Counted from the first letter of the stretch, positions 38,957 through 49,350 are shown. The stretch is DNA of 64,000 nt from Candidatus Shapirobacteria bacterium (GCA_041663285.1 JBAZSP010000001.1:81838-145837); one strand, 5' to 3'. Translations and numbers: made by a program. Notes: generated by a model from the letters alone, not told the origin.

Positions 38957-39852
38957 AAACAATTTTAGATTCAACCGCTATCTCAAAAATTGAAAAACAA
39001 TCCGACATGGATGAGTTTGTTTCTAGCCTAGGACTAAAATCCGAAACCGTTTTATTAAAACCTAACTGGGTCGATGTTTCTTTGGGCAGTCATACCGAAG
39101 CCAAAATTTTGGATCAATTTTTAACCTCATTAAAAGGCAAAAAAATCTATCTAGTCGAAAGTTACACCTTTTGGCGAACAGAAAAATCCACCCTTGGTCA
39201 AGGCGATTATTTTTCTTCTAAAGAGGCCTACTTCGAAACGGGCAAACAGCACTGGGATCATTTTAGGGAACAAGACCAATGGTTTTTAAATTATACCGGT
39301 ATCGGTGAAGTTCTAAAAAAACACCACACCACCTACCTAAATATTACCAGCGAGTTATGGCAGGAAAATACTACTAATTTAGTACCTAAAAAAATAAAAG
39401 ATCTTCACGGTGCTGATTTTATCAGTCTGGCCAAACTGAAGGGTGATAGTGAGTTTGGCGCCACCTTGTCCATTAAAAACTTTTTTGGCCTATACCCCGA
39501 TCCGCATCGGAAGAAATATCACGGTGAAGACGACACAAAACTTCTACAAAGTATCTTGGAGATAAATAAAACATATCGGCAACTGTTTAACTGCTTTTTT
39601 GTGGTCGAAGGAATTTTTACTGCCTCTCACGTTGACTGGGGGTCAAAAGGGCTACAGTCTTTTAAAGATTTTGGCGTGATAGTTGGCGGTAAAGATGGTT
39701 ATCAGGTTGATAGTTATGCTTTTAAATTAATTAACCGTCAGCCGTTGGGTCAACTTAAAAATTTGCTGTCCGACTACCAAAAAATATTTGGTGGAACTTT
39801 CACCAACCAGGAAATACCGTTTGATTATCATATAGAATTTCCACCTCTTTAA
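38953..39852 (+). CDS. DUF362-like protein
   Basis: LLKPNWV, LAKLK...TLSIKNFFG, VVEGI, D.YQVD. Confidence 0.7.
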   Translation: MKTILDSTAISKIEKQSDMDEFVSSLGLKSETVLLKPNWVDVSLGSHTEAKILDQFLTSLKGKKIYLVESYTFWRTEKSTLGQGDYFSSKEAYFETGKQHWDHFREQDQWFLNYTGIGEVLKKHHTTYLNITSELWQENTTNLVPKKIKDLHGADFISLAKLKGDSEFGATLSIKNFFGLYPDPHRKKYHGEDDTKLLQSILEINKTYRQLFNCFFVVEGIFTASHVDWGSKGLQSFKDFGVIVGGKDGYQVDSYAFKLINRQPLGQLKNLLSDYQKIFGGTFTNQEIPFDYHIEFPPL

Positions 39853-39859
39853 ATCATTC

Positions 39860-39882
39860 GTCATTCTGGCTTGTCCAGAATC
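39860..39882. repeat. Short GTCA-type palindromic element
   Basis: GTC-ATTCTGG-CTTGT-CCAGAAT-C hairpin. Confidence 0.55.
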
Positions 39883-39886
39883 ATTT

Positions 39887-40354
39887 ATGAACCAGATCAT
39901 TACCGATTTCCTCCAAGCCCGAAAAAAGTTTCTTCTGGCTCTTGATCAAGTTCCTCAAGATAAAAAAACCGATATACTTTTTGATCAATGGTCTTTAAAA
40001 GACATTGTGTCCCATCTTAATGGGTGGGATAAGTTTTTAATCGGGATAATTGAAGATTTACAATCAAATAGAGTACTCCAGAAATGGCAAAAAATTAATG
40101 AATTTAATCAAAAAAGCGTTTTTGCCCGTCAGGGTTGGAGTTGGAATCAAGTTTACCAGGAATTTATAGATATTGATGCAAATTTAAAAAAATTATTGCC
40201 TGAGCTAGATGATAATTTTTTGAACACAAAATTTTGGCCCAAAAACTCCTTTACCCCGCTTAAGTATATTAAGATCGAAACCAATCACTATCTCAAAACC
40301 CACCTCCCTGAAATCTATAAAAACATAAAAGATATCGTTAAAAATAATAAATAA
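39887..40354 (+). CDS. DinB/ClbS-DfsB-like four-helix-bundle protein
   Basis: WSLKDIVSHL.GWD, NEFNQ, HY..H. Confidence 0.8.
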   Translation: MNQIITDFLQARKKFLLALDQVPQDKKTDILFDQWSLKDIVSHLNGWDKFLIGIIEDLQSNRVLQKWQKINEFNQKSVFARQGWSWNQVYQEFIDIDANLKKLLPELDDNFLNTKFWPKNSFTPLKYIKIETNHYLKTHLPEIYKNIKDIVKNNK

Positions 40355-40366
40355 TTTAGGTTTTAT

Positions 40367-40430
40367 TTAGTATTTAGAAATTAGAATTTAGAAATTGAAT
40401 AAAAATTTTGAATTAGAAATTAGAAATTAA
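40367..40430. repeat. AT-rich 7-bp tandem repeats (TTAGAAA)
   Basis: TTAGTAT TTAGAAA TTAGAAT TTAGAAA ... TTAGAAA TTAGAAA. Confidence 0.75.
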
Positions 40431-40433
40431 TTT

Positions 40434-41888
40434 ATGACCATCACTCCCATTATCGGTCTTGAAGTCCACGTCGAGCTCAAAACCAAATCAAAGATGTTCT
40501 GTGGCTGTGACGCCACCCACTTTCATATCGCTCCCAATACTCATACTTGCCCGGTTTGCCTTGGCCTCCCTGGTGCCTTGCCGGTGCCCAATCGGACAGC
40601 CATAGACTGGTGCCTAAAGCTCGGGCTAGCCTTAAATTGTTCTGTCAACAGCCAGTCGTTTTTTGAACGCAAGAACTACTTTTATCCGGACTTACCCAAG
40701 GGCTACCAAATATCCCAGTATCAAAAACCGTTTACCGTCAACGGTTTTATAACTATTAACGGGAATAAAATCCGAATCAACCGGGCGCATCTGGAAGAAG
40801 ACACCGCCAAATCAGTCCACCTCACCCAAGCCGGGGAGGATGTAACTCTGATAGATTTTAACCGTTCCGGTGTTCCACTGGTCGAAATTGTCTCCGAGCC
40901 CGATATTGGTTCTTCCTCTATGGCCAAAGATTATTTGGTCAAAATTCAGCAGCTAATCCGTTATTTAGAAATTTCCGATGCCGACATAGAACAGGGGAGT
41001 ATGCGCTGCGAGCCGACGGTTAATTTAAAAATCGAAACCGATGGCAAAATTGCTTTTACTCCTCTCGTCGAGGTCAAAAATATTGCCTCACTTACGGGGG
41101 TTCAGGCCGCTATCGACTACGAGCTTGACCGTCAGTTTAATTCTTGGAAGGAAACGGGCATTACCAAGGCCGATCCTTTAGGTATCAAAACCACCCGGGG
41201 TTGGGACGCCGCCAAACAACAAACCTTTTTACAACGGCAAAAAGAAGGCTCGTCGGACTATCGTTATTTTCCCGAGCCCGATATTCCTCCCTTTGAATTC
41301 ACCCCTAGCCATATCGCGGCTATTCACGCTACCTTACCTGAATTACCCGATCAAAAAATCACCCGTTATCAAAAGGATTTCAGCCTGAGCCAGTACGATT
41401 CGGAGACTCTGGCAGCTAACTCTGTTTTTGCTAAAGCCTATGATCAAGCCTTGGGAGCAGCTCCCCTGAAGGACAAATCAAAGTTCATCGCCAACCTTTT
41501 TCTGGGACCTCTGAAAACCTATTTAAACGAAACCAGTGCCGAAATCGATTTAGTCAAAATTAATCCGGATTATTTTTCTGATTTATTTAATTCTGTTTCC
41601 GATTCGGAACTGAGTGCGACCGTGGCCAAACAGGTAATTGTTGAAAGTTATCAGACCGGCCAGAATCCTGTCGCCATCGCAAAAACTAAAGGGCTTGTCC
41701 AGGTTTCCGACACCACCAAAATCGAAGCACTAGCCAAAGAGGTTATTGCCGCTAATCCCAAAGTCGCGGCCGATTACCAAAAAAATCCCAATGTAATTGG
41801 CTTCTTAATTGGCCAGCTTATGAAAGCCTCCGGTGGCTCCGCCAATCCCAAGTTGGCCAAGGAGATTCTGGAAAAATTGTTAACATAA
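40434..41888 (+). CDS. gatB: Asp/Glu-tRNA amidotransferase subunit B
   Basis: IGLEVHVEL, CPVCLGLPGALP, YFYPDLPKGYQISQ, DYRYFPEPD. Confidence 0.97.
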   Translation: MTITPIIGLEVHVELKTKSKMFCGCDATHFHIAPNTHTCPVCLGLPGALPVPNRTAIDWCLKLGLALNCSVNSQSFFERKNYFYPDLPKGYQISQYQKPFTVNGFITINGNKIRINRAHLEEDTAKSVHLTQAGEDVTLIDFNRSGVPLVEIVSEPDIGSSSMAKDYLVKIQQLIRYLEISDADIEQGSMRCEPTVNLKIETDGKIAFTPLVEVKNIASLTGVQAAIDYELDRQFNSWKETGITKADPLGIKTTRGWDAAKQQTFLQRQKEGSSDYRYFPEPDIPPFEFTPSHIAAIHATLPELPDQKITRYQKDFSLSQYDSETLAANSVFAKAYDQALGAAPLKDKSKFIANLFLGPLKTYLNETSAEIDLVKINPDYFSDLFNSVSDSELSATVAKQVIVESYQTGQNPVAIAKTKGLVQVSDTTKIEALAKEVIAANPKVAADYQKNPNVIGFLIGQLMKASGGSANPKLAKEILEKLLT

Positions 41889-42015
41889 TTATTTTCTATC
41901 ACTCCAGATTAATAGAATCTTCGCTTGACTTCGATGATTATTCACCGTATAAAAAATCAACCTCCCCAATAACCCCGAAAACGATAGCCCCCTCCTATTC
42001 CTGATAAAATAGTTA

Positions 42016-45000
42016 GTGAATCAGAATTTTTCCGATAACTTTAACCGCGAATATTTGCGACTAAACCCCGAACAAAAACAAGCCGTCGATACTATCGAAG
42101 GGCCGGTAATGGTTATTGCCGGTGCCGGTACCGGCAAGACCCAAACTATTGCCCTGCGGATTGCCAACATTCTTCAAAAGACCCAAACACCGCCCTCGTC
42201 CATCCTGTGCCTCACCTTCACCGATTCGGCTGCCGTCAATATGCGCCAGCGGCTGATTTCGATAATCGGCCCGACAGCCTACAGCGTCAAAATCTGCACC
42301 TTTCACGCCTTCTGTAACGAAATTATCCTGTCCCATCCTGATTATTTTATTTTTGCCAAAAGCTTGGCACCGGCCGACGATTTAGAAAAAATCGAAATTG
42401 TCGATAGTTTAATCGACCAGCTTCCCACCTCTTCGCCACTCAAGCCCTGGGGTGACTATTACTATTATCGGCCCGACCTTCTCCGCCTGATCCAATCCGT
42501 AAAACGGGAAAACATCACCCCGGAAATATATTCCAACCTTATCGAAGATCAGGCAAAGTTTATAAATCAAACCGCCGACCTCTACCGTGATCTAAAATCA
42601 ATGCGGGCTGGCAAGTCGTTGGAATCTGAGCTTTTAAGTCTTGTCACCCGCCTTATCGCTCTCCCCAACATTTCCCCAGCCATTATTTCCCAAATCTCCT
42701 ATCAACTTGGCCTTTATGAATCGGGAGGATTTGAGTCCGGAGCGGCCAAATCCCCGGCCGTAAATTTTAAAAATTCACTCCTCCACCTTTTCGATCAACT
42801 AATTCGTGATCTTCCCCGCCAGCAGGATGTCGCCCGCCTTTATCAGGCCTATCAGTCCGAACTTACCGCCCGCGGCCTTTACGATTTTGACGATATGATT
42901 CTCTATGTCATTAACGCTTTCGCCAGTTTCCCAGATTTGCTGCTAAATTATCAGGAGCTATATCATTATTTTTTAGTTGACGAATTCCAGGACACCAATT
43001 CCGCCCAAAATCAGATACTCGATCAGTTGGCATCGTATTTTTCCAGCCCCAATCTTTTTGTTGTCGGCGATGACGATCAGGCCATTTTCCGTTTTCAGGG
43101 GGCCTCAATCGAAAACATCCACAATTTTCAAAAAAAATACCAGCCCCGGGTTTATGTTCTCTGTCAAAATTACCGCAGCCATCAGCTTATTCTTGATTCG
43201 GCTTCGTCAGTTATTGGCCATAATCACACCCGGATTTCTAACTATCTTGAAAATATCGACAAGTCTTTAAAGTCGGCCGTTCTCACCCCTCCGGTACCCA
43301 TAAACTTACTTTCGGCTTCGGCTCCGGTCGACGAAAATTACTATCTGGCTACCCAGGTCAAACGGTTTCTTGATCAGGGCACCCCGCCCTCGAGTATCGC
43401 CATTCTTTTCCGCAACAATGCCGATATTGACGATCTTTGTCCGTTTTTATCCGCCCAAAACATCAGTTACTATTTGTCCTGCTCTCAAAAGATTCTGGAT
43501 ACTCCGTTGTTTTTTAGTCTGATTAATCTTTTATCGCTTATACTTCACCCCGGCCAATCCCACTTTCTTTATCAGCTACTTTGTTCTCCCTTTGTCTCAA
43601 TTTCTTCGGTGGATCTTCTCAAAATTTTGCGTTATTCCCAAAAGCATAATATAACTATTTCGGATCTGTTGAATGAAAAATCCAAGCTGTCTACTCTAAA
43701 ATTAAAACCAGCCACTCGCAAAAAACTGAAAAGGGTCTCTCGCCTTTTAGCCAAATCTCAAAAATGGCTTCAGAACTATCCTCTCTACTTGCTTTTTCAA
43801 ATTGTTATTCGTCGTTTCGGCTTTATCCGCTACTGCTTAAGGCTCAAAGATCCGGTAGTATTTGCCAAACTATATACTCTTTCTGCCGAAATCCGACGTT
43901 TAAGTACCGAAAAGAATTTCAGTTTATCTGATCTGCTTGCCCGCTTTAATAAATATTCCCAAAACCATCTTCCGCTTTCCTCTCCACCCCTGTCAGAAGA
44001 TACCGAAAAGTCAGTCCAGCTAATGACGGTTCATCATGCCAAAGGATTAGAATTTGACCACGTCTTTCTTTATAAGGTTGTCGATAAAAAATGGGGCAAT
44101 AATCCTGATCGTGGTATTCTTCGGCCTCCCCCGGGGATTTTAAAAACCGAAATGTCCCGTCAGCTAAATGACTCCAACGAAGACGAACGCCGGCTTTTTT
44201 ATGTCGCCTTAACCAGGGCAAAACAAAATCTGCATCTTAGTTTTTCCAATCAAACCGATACCGGTCGGCCTCAGCTACCCTCTGTCTTTATTTCCGAGAT
44301 CAATCCTGCCTGTTTAAAAATCATTACCCCCGATAATAACCGCCAACAGGCTTACGAGTCTTTTTTTTCGGTTCCCAAAGTGTTCTCCCCGCCGCTTTCG
44401 CTCCAAAAATCCCTTCACCGCCAATTATCGGCCGACTATCGGCTTAGTTATTCCCATTTGTCGGGCTATTTAGAATGTCCCTTTTGTTTTTATAATAGCA
44501 AAATTCTTCGGCTACCCTTACCTCAAGGACGGTTTGCTGCTTTGGGAACCGCTATCCACGCCGCCCTAAGCTTTCTTTATAATTTTTATCAGGCTAATAA
44601 CCGACTGCCTCCGGCTGATGAGGTAGTAGCCAATTTTACCCGATCCCTTACCCGGCATAGTCTCTCTTCTGTCGATCTAAAGGAGGCTACCACCCGCGGC
44701 CAAAAAATTCTAACCGACTATTATAAGGAAAAAGAGGCAACATTTAGCCCCAAGGCCATTATTGATTACGATTTTAAAGCCGATAACATTCTTCTTGACG
44801 GCATCCCCCTTACCGGCAAAATTGACAAGATTGATCTGATAAAAGACAATGTTATCGACATCACCGACTTCAAAACCGGTAATCCTGACTCCAGCGCCCG
44901 CCATCTTTCCCCGACCGGCGATTATTTCCGCCAGCTGGTTTTTTATAGTCTGCTGGTCCGGCTTAGCCCCAAATTAAAGTATCAGGTCCGTCAGGGAGTT

Positions 45001-45195
45001 ATAGAATTCGTCGCCCCTAGCGCCCGCCTTAATACCTTTGTTACCAAACGCTTCGATATTACCCCCACCGCTATTTCCGATCTTGAAAAGATTATTAAAG
45101 AAGTCTATGCCAAAATTATTGCCCTCGACTTTTTCCATCTTGGCCCGGATTGCCCCGACCGTGATCATCTCCACTATCTTTTCAAATATCTTTGA
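42016..45195 (+). CDS. UvrD-like SF1 helicase fused to a PD-(D/E)xK nuclease (AdnAB/AddA-like)
   Basis: AGAGTGKT, VDEFQDTN, MTVHHAKGLEF, ERRLFYVALTRAK; C-terminal LSYS...GKIDKID...DFKTG...QL.FY. Confidence 0.9.
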   Translation: MNQNFSDNFNREYLRLNPEQKQAVDTIEGPVMVIAGAGTGKTQTIALRIANILQKTQTPPSSILCLTFTDSAAVNMRQRLISIIGPTAYSVKICTFHAFCNEIILSHPDYFIFAKSLAPADDLEKIEIVDSLIDQLPTSSPLKPWGDYYYYRPDLLRLIQSVKRENITPEIYSNLIEDQAKFINQTADLYRDLKSMRAGKSLESELLSLVTRLIALPNISPAIISQISYQLGLYESGGFESGAAKSPAVNFKNSLLHLFDQLIRDLPRQQDVARLYQAYQSELTARGLYDFDDMILYVINAFASFPDLLLNYQELYHYFLVDEFQDTNSAQNQILDQLASYFSSPNLFVVGDDDQAIFRFQGASIENIHNFQKKYQPRVYVLCQNYRSHQLILDSASSVIGHNHTRISNYLENIDKSLKSAVLTPPVPINLLSASAPVDENYYLATQVKRFLDQGTPPSSIAILFRNNADIDDLCPFLSAQNISYYLSCSQKILDTPLFFSLINLLSLILHPGQSHFLYQLLCSPFVSISSVDLLKILRYSQKHNITISDLLNEKSKLSTLKLKPATRKKLKRVSRLLAKSQKWLQNYPLYLLFQIVIRRFGFIRYCLRLKDPVVFAKLYTLSAEIRRLSTEKNFSLSDLLARFNKYSQNHLPLSSPPLSEDTEKSVQLMTVHHAKGLEFDHVFLYKVVDKKWGNNPDRGILRPPPGILKTEMSRQLNDSNEDERRLFYVALTRAKQNLHLSFSNQTDTGRPQLPSVFISEINPACLKIITPDNNRQQAYESFFSVPKVFSPPLSLQKSLHRQLSADYRLSYSHLSGYLECPFCFYNSKILRLPLPQGRFAALGTAIHAALSFLYNFYQANNRLPPADEVVANFTRSLTRHSLSSVDLKEATTRGQKILTDYYKEKEATFSPKAIIDYDFKADNILLDGIPLTGKIDKIDLIKDNVIDITDFKTGNPDSSARHLSPTGDYFRQLVFYSLLVRLSPKLKYQVRQGVIEFVAPSARLNTFVTKRFDITPTAISDLEKIIKEVYAKIIALDFFHLGPDCPDRDHLHYLFKYL

Positions 45196-45235
45196 CCTGC
45201 TAACTGCCGTCTATACGGCTATGCCATAATACAAC

Positions 45236-46360
45236 ATGCATCTCCGGCCTCGGCTAAACCGTCTTCTCCGTCTTTTAGAACAGGGTTACGAGCCTCTCTC
45301 TACCATCGAAATTAGTTCTCAAGCAATTCTGAGTAATTACGATGCCTACTGTCAGGAATTTCCCAATAACATTTTTTGGCCTGTAATTAAATCCAATGCT
45401 TACGGACATGGTTTGGAAACTATCGTTCGAATCCTAAAGGATCGGCAGTTCCAATATTTTGTCGCCGATAGCTATTATGAAGCTCTTAAAATTTGGTCAG
45501 TCTCCTCGCATCCGGTCCTTATTATTGGCTCTACCTTGCCCCAGAACTATTCTAAAATGGATTTTTCCCGGTTAGCACTTATGGTTCAGGATAAAATAAC
45601 TCTCGAAGCGTTAGCCAGCCTGAGGAAGCCAATAAAAATCCATTTAAAAATCAACACCGGCCTAAATCGTCAGGGGATAGACATTGCTACTTTATCCGAC
45701 TATCTAATATTCATTTCCAAACATCCCTTTATTGAACTAGAGGGAATTATGTCTCACTTAGCCGACGCCGATAATCCCAAAGACAAATATACCCCCCGCC
45801 AACTTAAAGTCTTTGATCGATGTTTAAGTTTAGTCAACTCTTCAGGTTTTAGGCCCAAGTTTGTTCATCTTTCAGCTACAGCTGGTGTTACCAAGATTTG
45901 CCTTACTCAAATCAACACCGTCCGTCTCGGTCTTGGCCTTTATGGTTATGGCACTATTTCCGGGTTACAGCCGGCGCTGACATTTAAATCAGTCATTACT
46001 CAAATCAATCACCTAAAAAAGGGGGACAGAGTAGGCTACAACTTAACCTATACCGCTCCCCGGTCTTTAAATTATGCCGTCATCCCCGTTGGCTACTTTG
46101 AAGGTTTGGATCGTCGGCTAAGCAATCTCGGTTTTGTTAAATATCAAAATACCTACTTACCTATTATCGGCCGAATCAGTATGAATTTAACTGTGGTAAA
46201 CCTTCTCGACACTCACCCGCAATTGTTCGACCCGGTTGAGATTATCAGTTCAAATCCATCCGACAAAAACTCTTTACCAAGTATGGCTAACCAGTGCGAT
46301 ACTATTCCTTACGACCTTCTAGTCCACCTCACCGAGTCGGTAAGAAGAGTTGCCCAATAA
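45236..46360 (+). CDS. alr: Alanine racemase
   Basis: VIKSNAYGHG, HLKINTGLNRQG, SHLADAD, GRISMN, TIPYD. Confidence 0.95.
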   Translation: MHLRPRLNRLLRLLEQGYEPLSTIEISSQAILSNYDAYCQEFPNNIFWPVIKSNAYGHGLETIVRILKDRQFQYFVADSYYEALKIWSVSSHPVLIIGSTLPQNYSKMDFSRLALMVQDKITLEALASLRKPIKIHLKINTGLNRQGIDIATLSDYLIFISKHPFIELEGIMSHLADADNPKDKYTPRQLKVFDRCLSLVNSSGFRPKFVHLSATAGVTKICLTQINTVRLGLGLYGYGTISGLQPALTFKSVITQINHLKKGDRVGYNLTYTAPRSLNYAVIPVGYFEGLDRRLSNLGFVKYQNTYLPIIGRISMNLTVVNLLDTHPQLFDPVEIISSNPSDKNSLPSMANQCDTIPYDLLVHLTESVRRVAQ

Positions 46361-46411
46361 ATTCTGATCTCTTCCCAATTCGGGTTTCGTTCGGTAATAT
46401 TGTTTATCCTT

Positions 46412-47665
46412 ATGTCTACCATTTTTTTAATCGCCACTGTTTTTCTCCAGATTGTCTTGTTGTACTTATTTTTAACCCAAAACAAATCCAATCGGGCCGA
46501 CGAAATCCTCAAAAAAATAGCCGAGATAGAAGACCGCCTGGGTCGGGGAATCAAAGATGAGTTTTCCACCAATCGCCAGGAATTATCCAACTCCTTCAAG
46601 AATTTTTCCGATTCCCAAAATCTCAATTTCCATAATTTTGGTCAAAAACTCGATCAGCTCATTAATAATATTAGTATCAGCCTCAACCAGGTCCGGGAGT
46701 CAGTCGAAAAGCGGCTTGAATCCCTCCAAAAAGACAATACCGATAAGTTGGAAAAAATGCGCCTCACTGTCGATGAGAAGCTCCAAACCACCCTCGAAAA
46801 ACGTCTGGGCGAATCATTCAAGCAGGTTAGTGTTCAGCTGGAATCTGTCTACAAAAATCTGGGCGAAATTAAATCTTTAACTACCGGAGTTGATACTCTT
46901 AATAAAGTTTTAACCAACATTAAAACCCGTGGCACTTGGGGCGAAGTTCAGCTTAACAACCTCTTGGAACAAATCCTTATTCCCGAGCAATACGGCAAAA
47001 ATGTGGCCGTAAAAGAGGGGAGTAATGAGCGGGTAGAATTTGCCATCAAGCTCCCCGGTAAAAACGATCCGGCCTCTCCTTGCTGGTTGCCGATTGATTC
47101 CAAATTCCCCCTAGAGGACTACCAGCGTTTGCTGGACGTCCAAAAATGTGGTGACCTGGCTCAAATAGACACCATCTCCAAGGCCCTCGAAAATCGGGTT
47201 AAGGGCGAAGCCAAATACATTTTTGACAAATACATCGATCCGCCTCACACCACCGATTTTGCCATCCTTTATCTGCCAATTGAAGGTTTATACGCCGAAG
47301 TTACCCAAAACCAACCCTTAATCGATACTATCCAAAGACAATTTCGGGTTACTGTCGCCGGACCGAACACTATCACAGCCCTTTTAAATAGCCTCCAAAT
47401 GGGTTTTAGGGTGTTGACTGTCGAAAAAAGGTCTTCCGAAGTTTGGGCGGTTTTGGGTACTGTCCGGAAAGAGTTTAGCTTATTTGGCGACCTGCTCGAC
47501 AAAACCCAGAAAAAACTACAGGAAGCCAGCAATGTCATAACCGACGCCTCGTCAAAGTCGCGCAACATAGCCTCCAGGTTGAATAAGGTCCAAACTCTAT
47601 CTGACGGTCCCGAATTAGCGACACCTCCTCCATTATTTCCGGAGTTACCCAAAAGCGAAACTTGA
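46412..47665 (+). CDS. rmuC: DNA recombination protein RmuC
   Basis: TM, coiled coil, KTRGTWGE, IDSKFPLEDY, DFAILYLPIEGLY. Confidence 0.93.
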   Translation: MSTIFLIATVFLQIVLLYLFLTQNKSNRADEILKKIAEIEDRLGRGIKDEFSTNRQELSNSFKNFSDSQNLNFHNFGQKLDQLINNISISLNQVRESVEKRLESLQKDNTDKLEKMRLTVDEKLQTTLEKRLGESFKQVSVQLESVYKNLGEIKSLTTGVDTLNKVLTNIKTRGTWGEVQLNNLLEQILIPEQYGKNVAVKEGSNERVEFAIKLPGKNDPASPCWLPIDSKFPLEDYQRLLDVQKCGDLAQIDTISKALENRVKGEAKYIFDKYIDPPHTTDFAILYLPIEGLYAEVTQNQPLIDTIQRQFRVTVAGPNTITALLNSLQMGFRVLTVEKRSSEVWAVLGTVRKEFSLFGDLLDKTQKKLQEASNVITDASSKSRNIASRLNKVQTLSDGPELATPPPLFPELPKSET

Positions 47666-48003
47666 TGTACCGAAACACTTCACTTCCCAAAAAATTCTTT
47701 CCCAAAAATCTTTTGCTAAGTTTTATTATTCTGTTTTGGTTACTTACTTTCCTCTACATATTTTTTATTCCTCCCTTAAGCATTCCGAACATATTCGGAC
47801 TTTTTGGCCTATTATTTATGGCCGTATTTTTGTCCGTCAAGATGCTGACCCAAAAAACAAAACTTTCTCTTTGGCTGGCTTTTTTTATACTGGCATGGCC
47901 GCTATTATCACTAACCCGCCTTCTTACCCTCCAAAACATCTGCCTGACTATCGCCATGTTTGCTTCCCTTTTCTTACTCTTCTCTTCAAAACATACCCCT
48001 TGA
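47662..48003 (+). CDS. Small 4-TM membrane protein
   Basis: Hydrophobic 113-aa ORF overlapping the rmuC stop. Confidence 0.65.
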   Translation: MMYRNTSLPKKFFPKNLLLSFIILFWLLTFLYIFFIPPLSIPNIFGLFGLLFMAVFLSVKMLTQKTKLSLWLAFFILAWPLLSLTRLLTLQNICLTIAMFASLFLLFSSKHTP

Positions 48004-48036
48004 CACTGTTTAGCACTCCCATTATTATATTGCTAA
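48000..48036 (+). promoter_or_regulatory. Sigma70 promoter overlapped by a CIRCE-like HrcA operator
   Basis: TTGACA at 48000-48005; TTAGCACTC-N9-TATTGCTAA at 48010-48036 (CIRCE consensus TTAGCACTC-N9-GAGTGCTAA), ending 1 nt before the hrcA ATG. Confidence 0.85.
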
Positions 48037-48037
48037 C

Positions 48038-48772
48038 ATGCCCGATTTAAGCCAGCGCCAAATCAAAATTCTAAAATGCATTACCGAGGAATTTATTGAA
48101 ACAGCTTCTCCTGTCGGTTCAGAAACACTGGAAAAAAAATATAGTTTGGGGATTTCTTCAGCCACTATTAGGAACGAAATGTCAGCCCTAACCCAACTTG
48201 GATATCTTAAAAAAAGCCATCTTTCAGCCGGCCGCGGGCCGACTTCAATGGGTCTTAAGTACTACGTCCGCAATTTAATGACCCCCAAAACTCTGTCGAT
48301 CAACGAAGAGATTGGCACCAAAGAAAAAATTTGGGACTACCGTAATGAATTTCAAAAACTTCTTAAAGAGACAACCAAAGAACTTGCCAACCGTACCCGC
48401 TGCATGGCAATTTCCACTACCGACCAGGGTGACATCTACAATTACGGAGCCTCAAATTTGCTCGAGGAGCCGGAGTTCTACAATATCGACGTTACCAAGA
48501 CTGTTCTTTCCCTTATTGACAATACTACCTACTGGTTCGACATTATCAACAAAGTTAGCAGCAAAGGCCAGGACAATCGTATAATTCATTTACTAATCGG
48601 CGAGGACTTGGGAATGGAGCATCTTGAACCCTGTGGTTTTGTTTACCAAACCTACGAGGCCGGGCCGCATCGCGGGATTATTGGTGTCATGGGTCCCGCC
48701 CGTTTTCATTACCAAAGGGTTATCCCCCTGGTCGATTATCTGGCGGAGCTCGTCTCTACAATTACCCGTTAA
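48038..48772 (+). CDS. hrcA: Heat-inducible transcription repressor HrcA (short form)
   Basis: RQIKILK.I.EEFI.TASPVGS, SSATIRNEM, GVMGPARF.Y. Confidence 0.95.
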   Translation: MPDLSQRQIKILKCITEEFIETASPVGSETLEKKYSLGISSATIRNEMSALTQLGYLKKSHLSAGRGPTSMGLKYYVRNLMTPKTLSINEEIGTKEKIWDYRNEFQKLLKETTKELANRTRCMAISTTDQGDIYNYGASNLLEEPEFYNIDVTKTVLSLIDNTTYWFDIINKVSSKGQDNRIIHLLIGEDLGMEHLEPCGFVYQTYEAGPHRGIIGVMGPARFHYQRVIPLVDYLAELVSTITR

Positions 48773-48789
48773 CCGACTGCTTTTTTATT

Positions 48790-49302
48790 ATGAAAATTGT
48801 AAAAAAACCGGCCGTTGATATTTCAGCCGGCTCAAGTCAAAAAATAAAAGAATTGGAAAGTCGGGCAGCCGAACTGGAAGAGAGCTGGAAACGTTCTCTG
48901 GCCGACTATGCCAACCTGGAAAAAAGAATTGAATCCCAACGCCAGATTTACGCCACTTTGGCGTCGGTTTCGATTATATCTAAAATGATAGAGGTTCTTG
49001 ATGATTTATTGTTAGCCCACACACACCTCGAAGACCAAGGATTACAAATGACCATTAATAAATTTTTATCGGTCCTCAAGTCAGAAGGGTTGGAAGAAAT
49101 CAATGTCAAGGTTGGTGACCAGTTTGATCCTCTCACGATGGAGTGTGTAGAAGCCGCTTCGGGTGAAAAAGACATGGTGATGACCGTAAAGCGAAAAGGT
49201 TACTCTTTAAATAGCCAGTGCCTTCGTCCGGCTCAGGTAGTTGTCGGTCGGGGAGATACCGCTATTCCGGCCTCGTCTCCTTCCGGCACTGCCGTATCTT
49301 AA
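48790..49302 (+). CDS. grpE: Nucleotide exchange factor GrpE
   Basis: RSLADYANLEKR, FDP, KGY.LN...LRPAQVVV. Confidence 0.95.
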   Translation: MKIVKKPAVDISAGSSQKIKELESRAAELEESWKRSLADYANLEKRIESQRQIYATLASVSIISKMIEVLDDLLLAHTHLEDQGLQMTINKFLSVLKSEGLEEINVKVGDQFDPLTMECVEAASGEKDMVMTVKRKGYSLNSQCLRPAQVVVGRGDTAIPASSPSGTAVS

Positions 49303-49350
49303 TATTTATAAACTTTTTTACCGTAGCTGCTAATTTTGTTAAACAACAAA

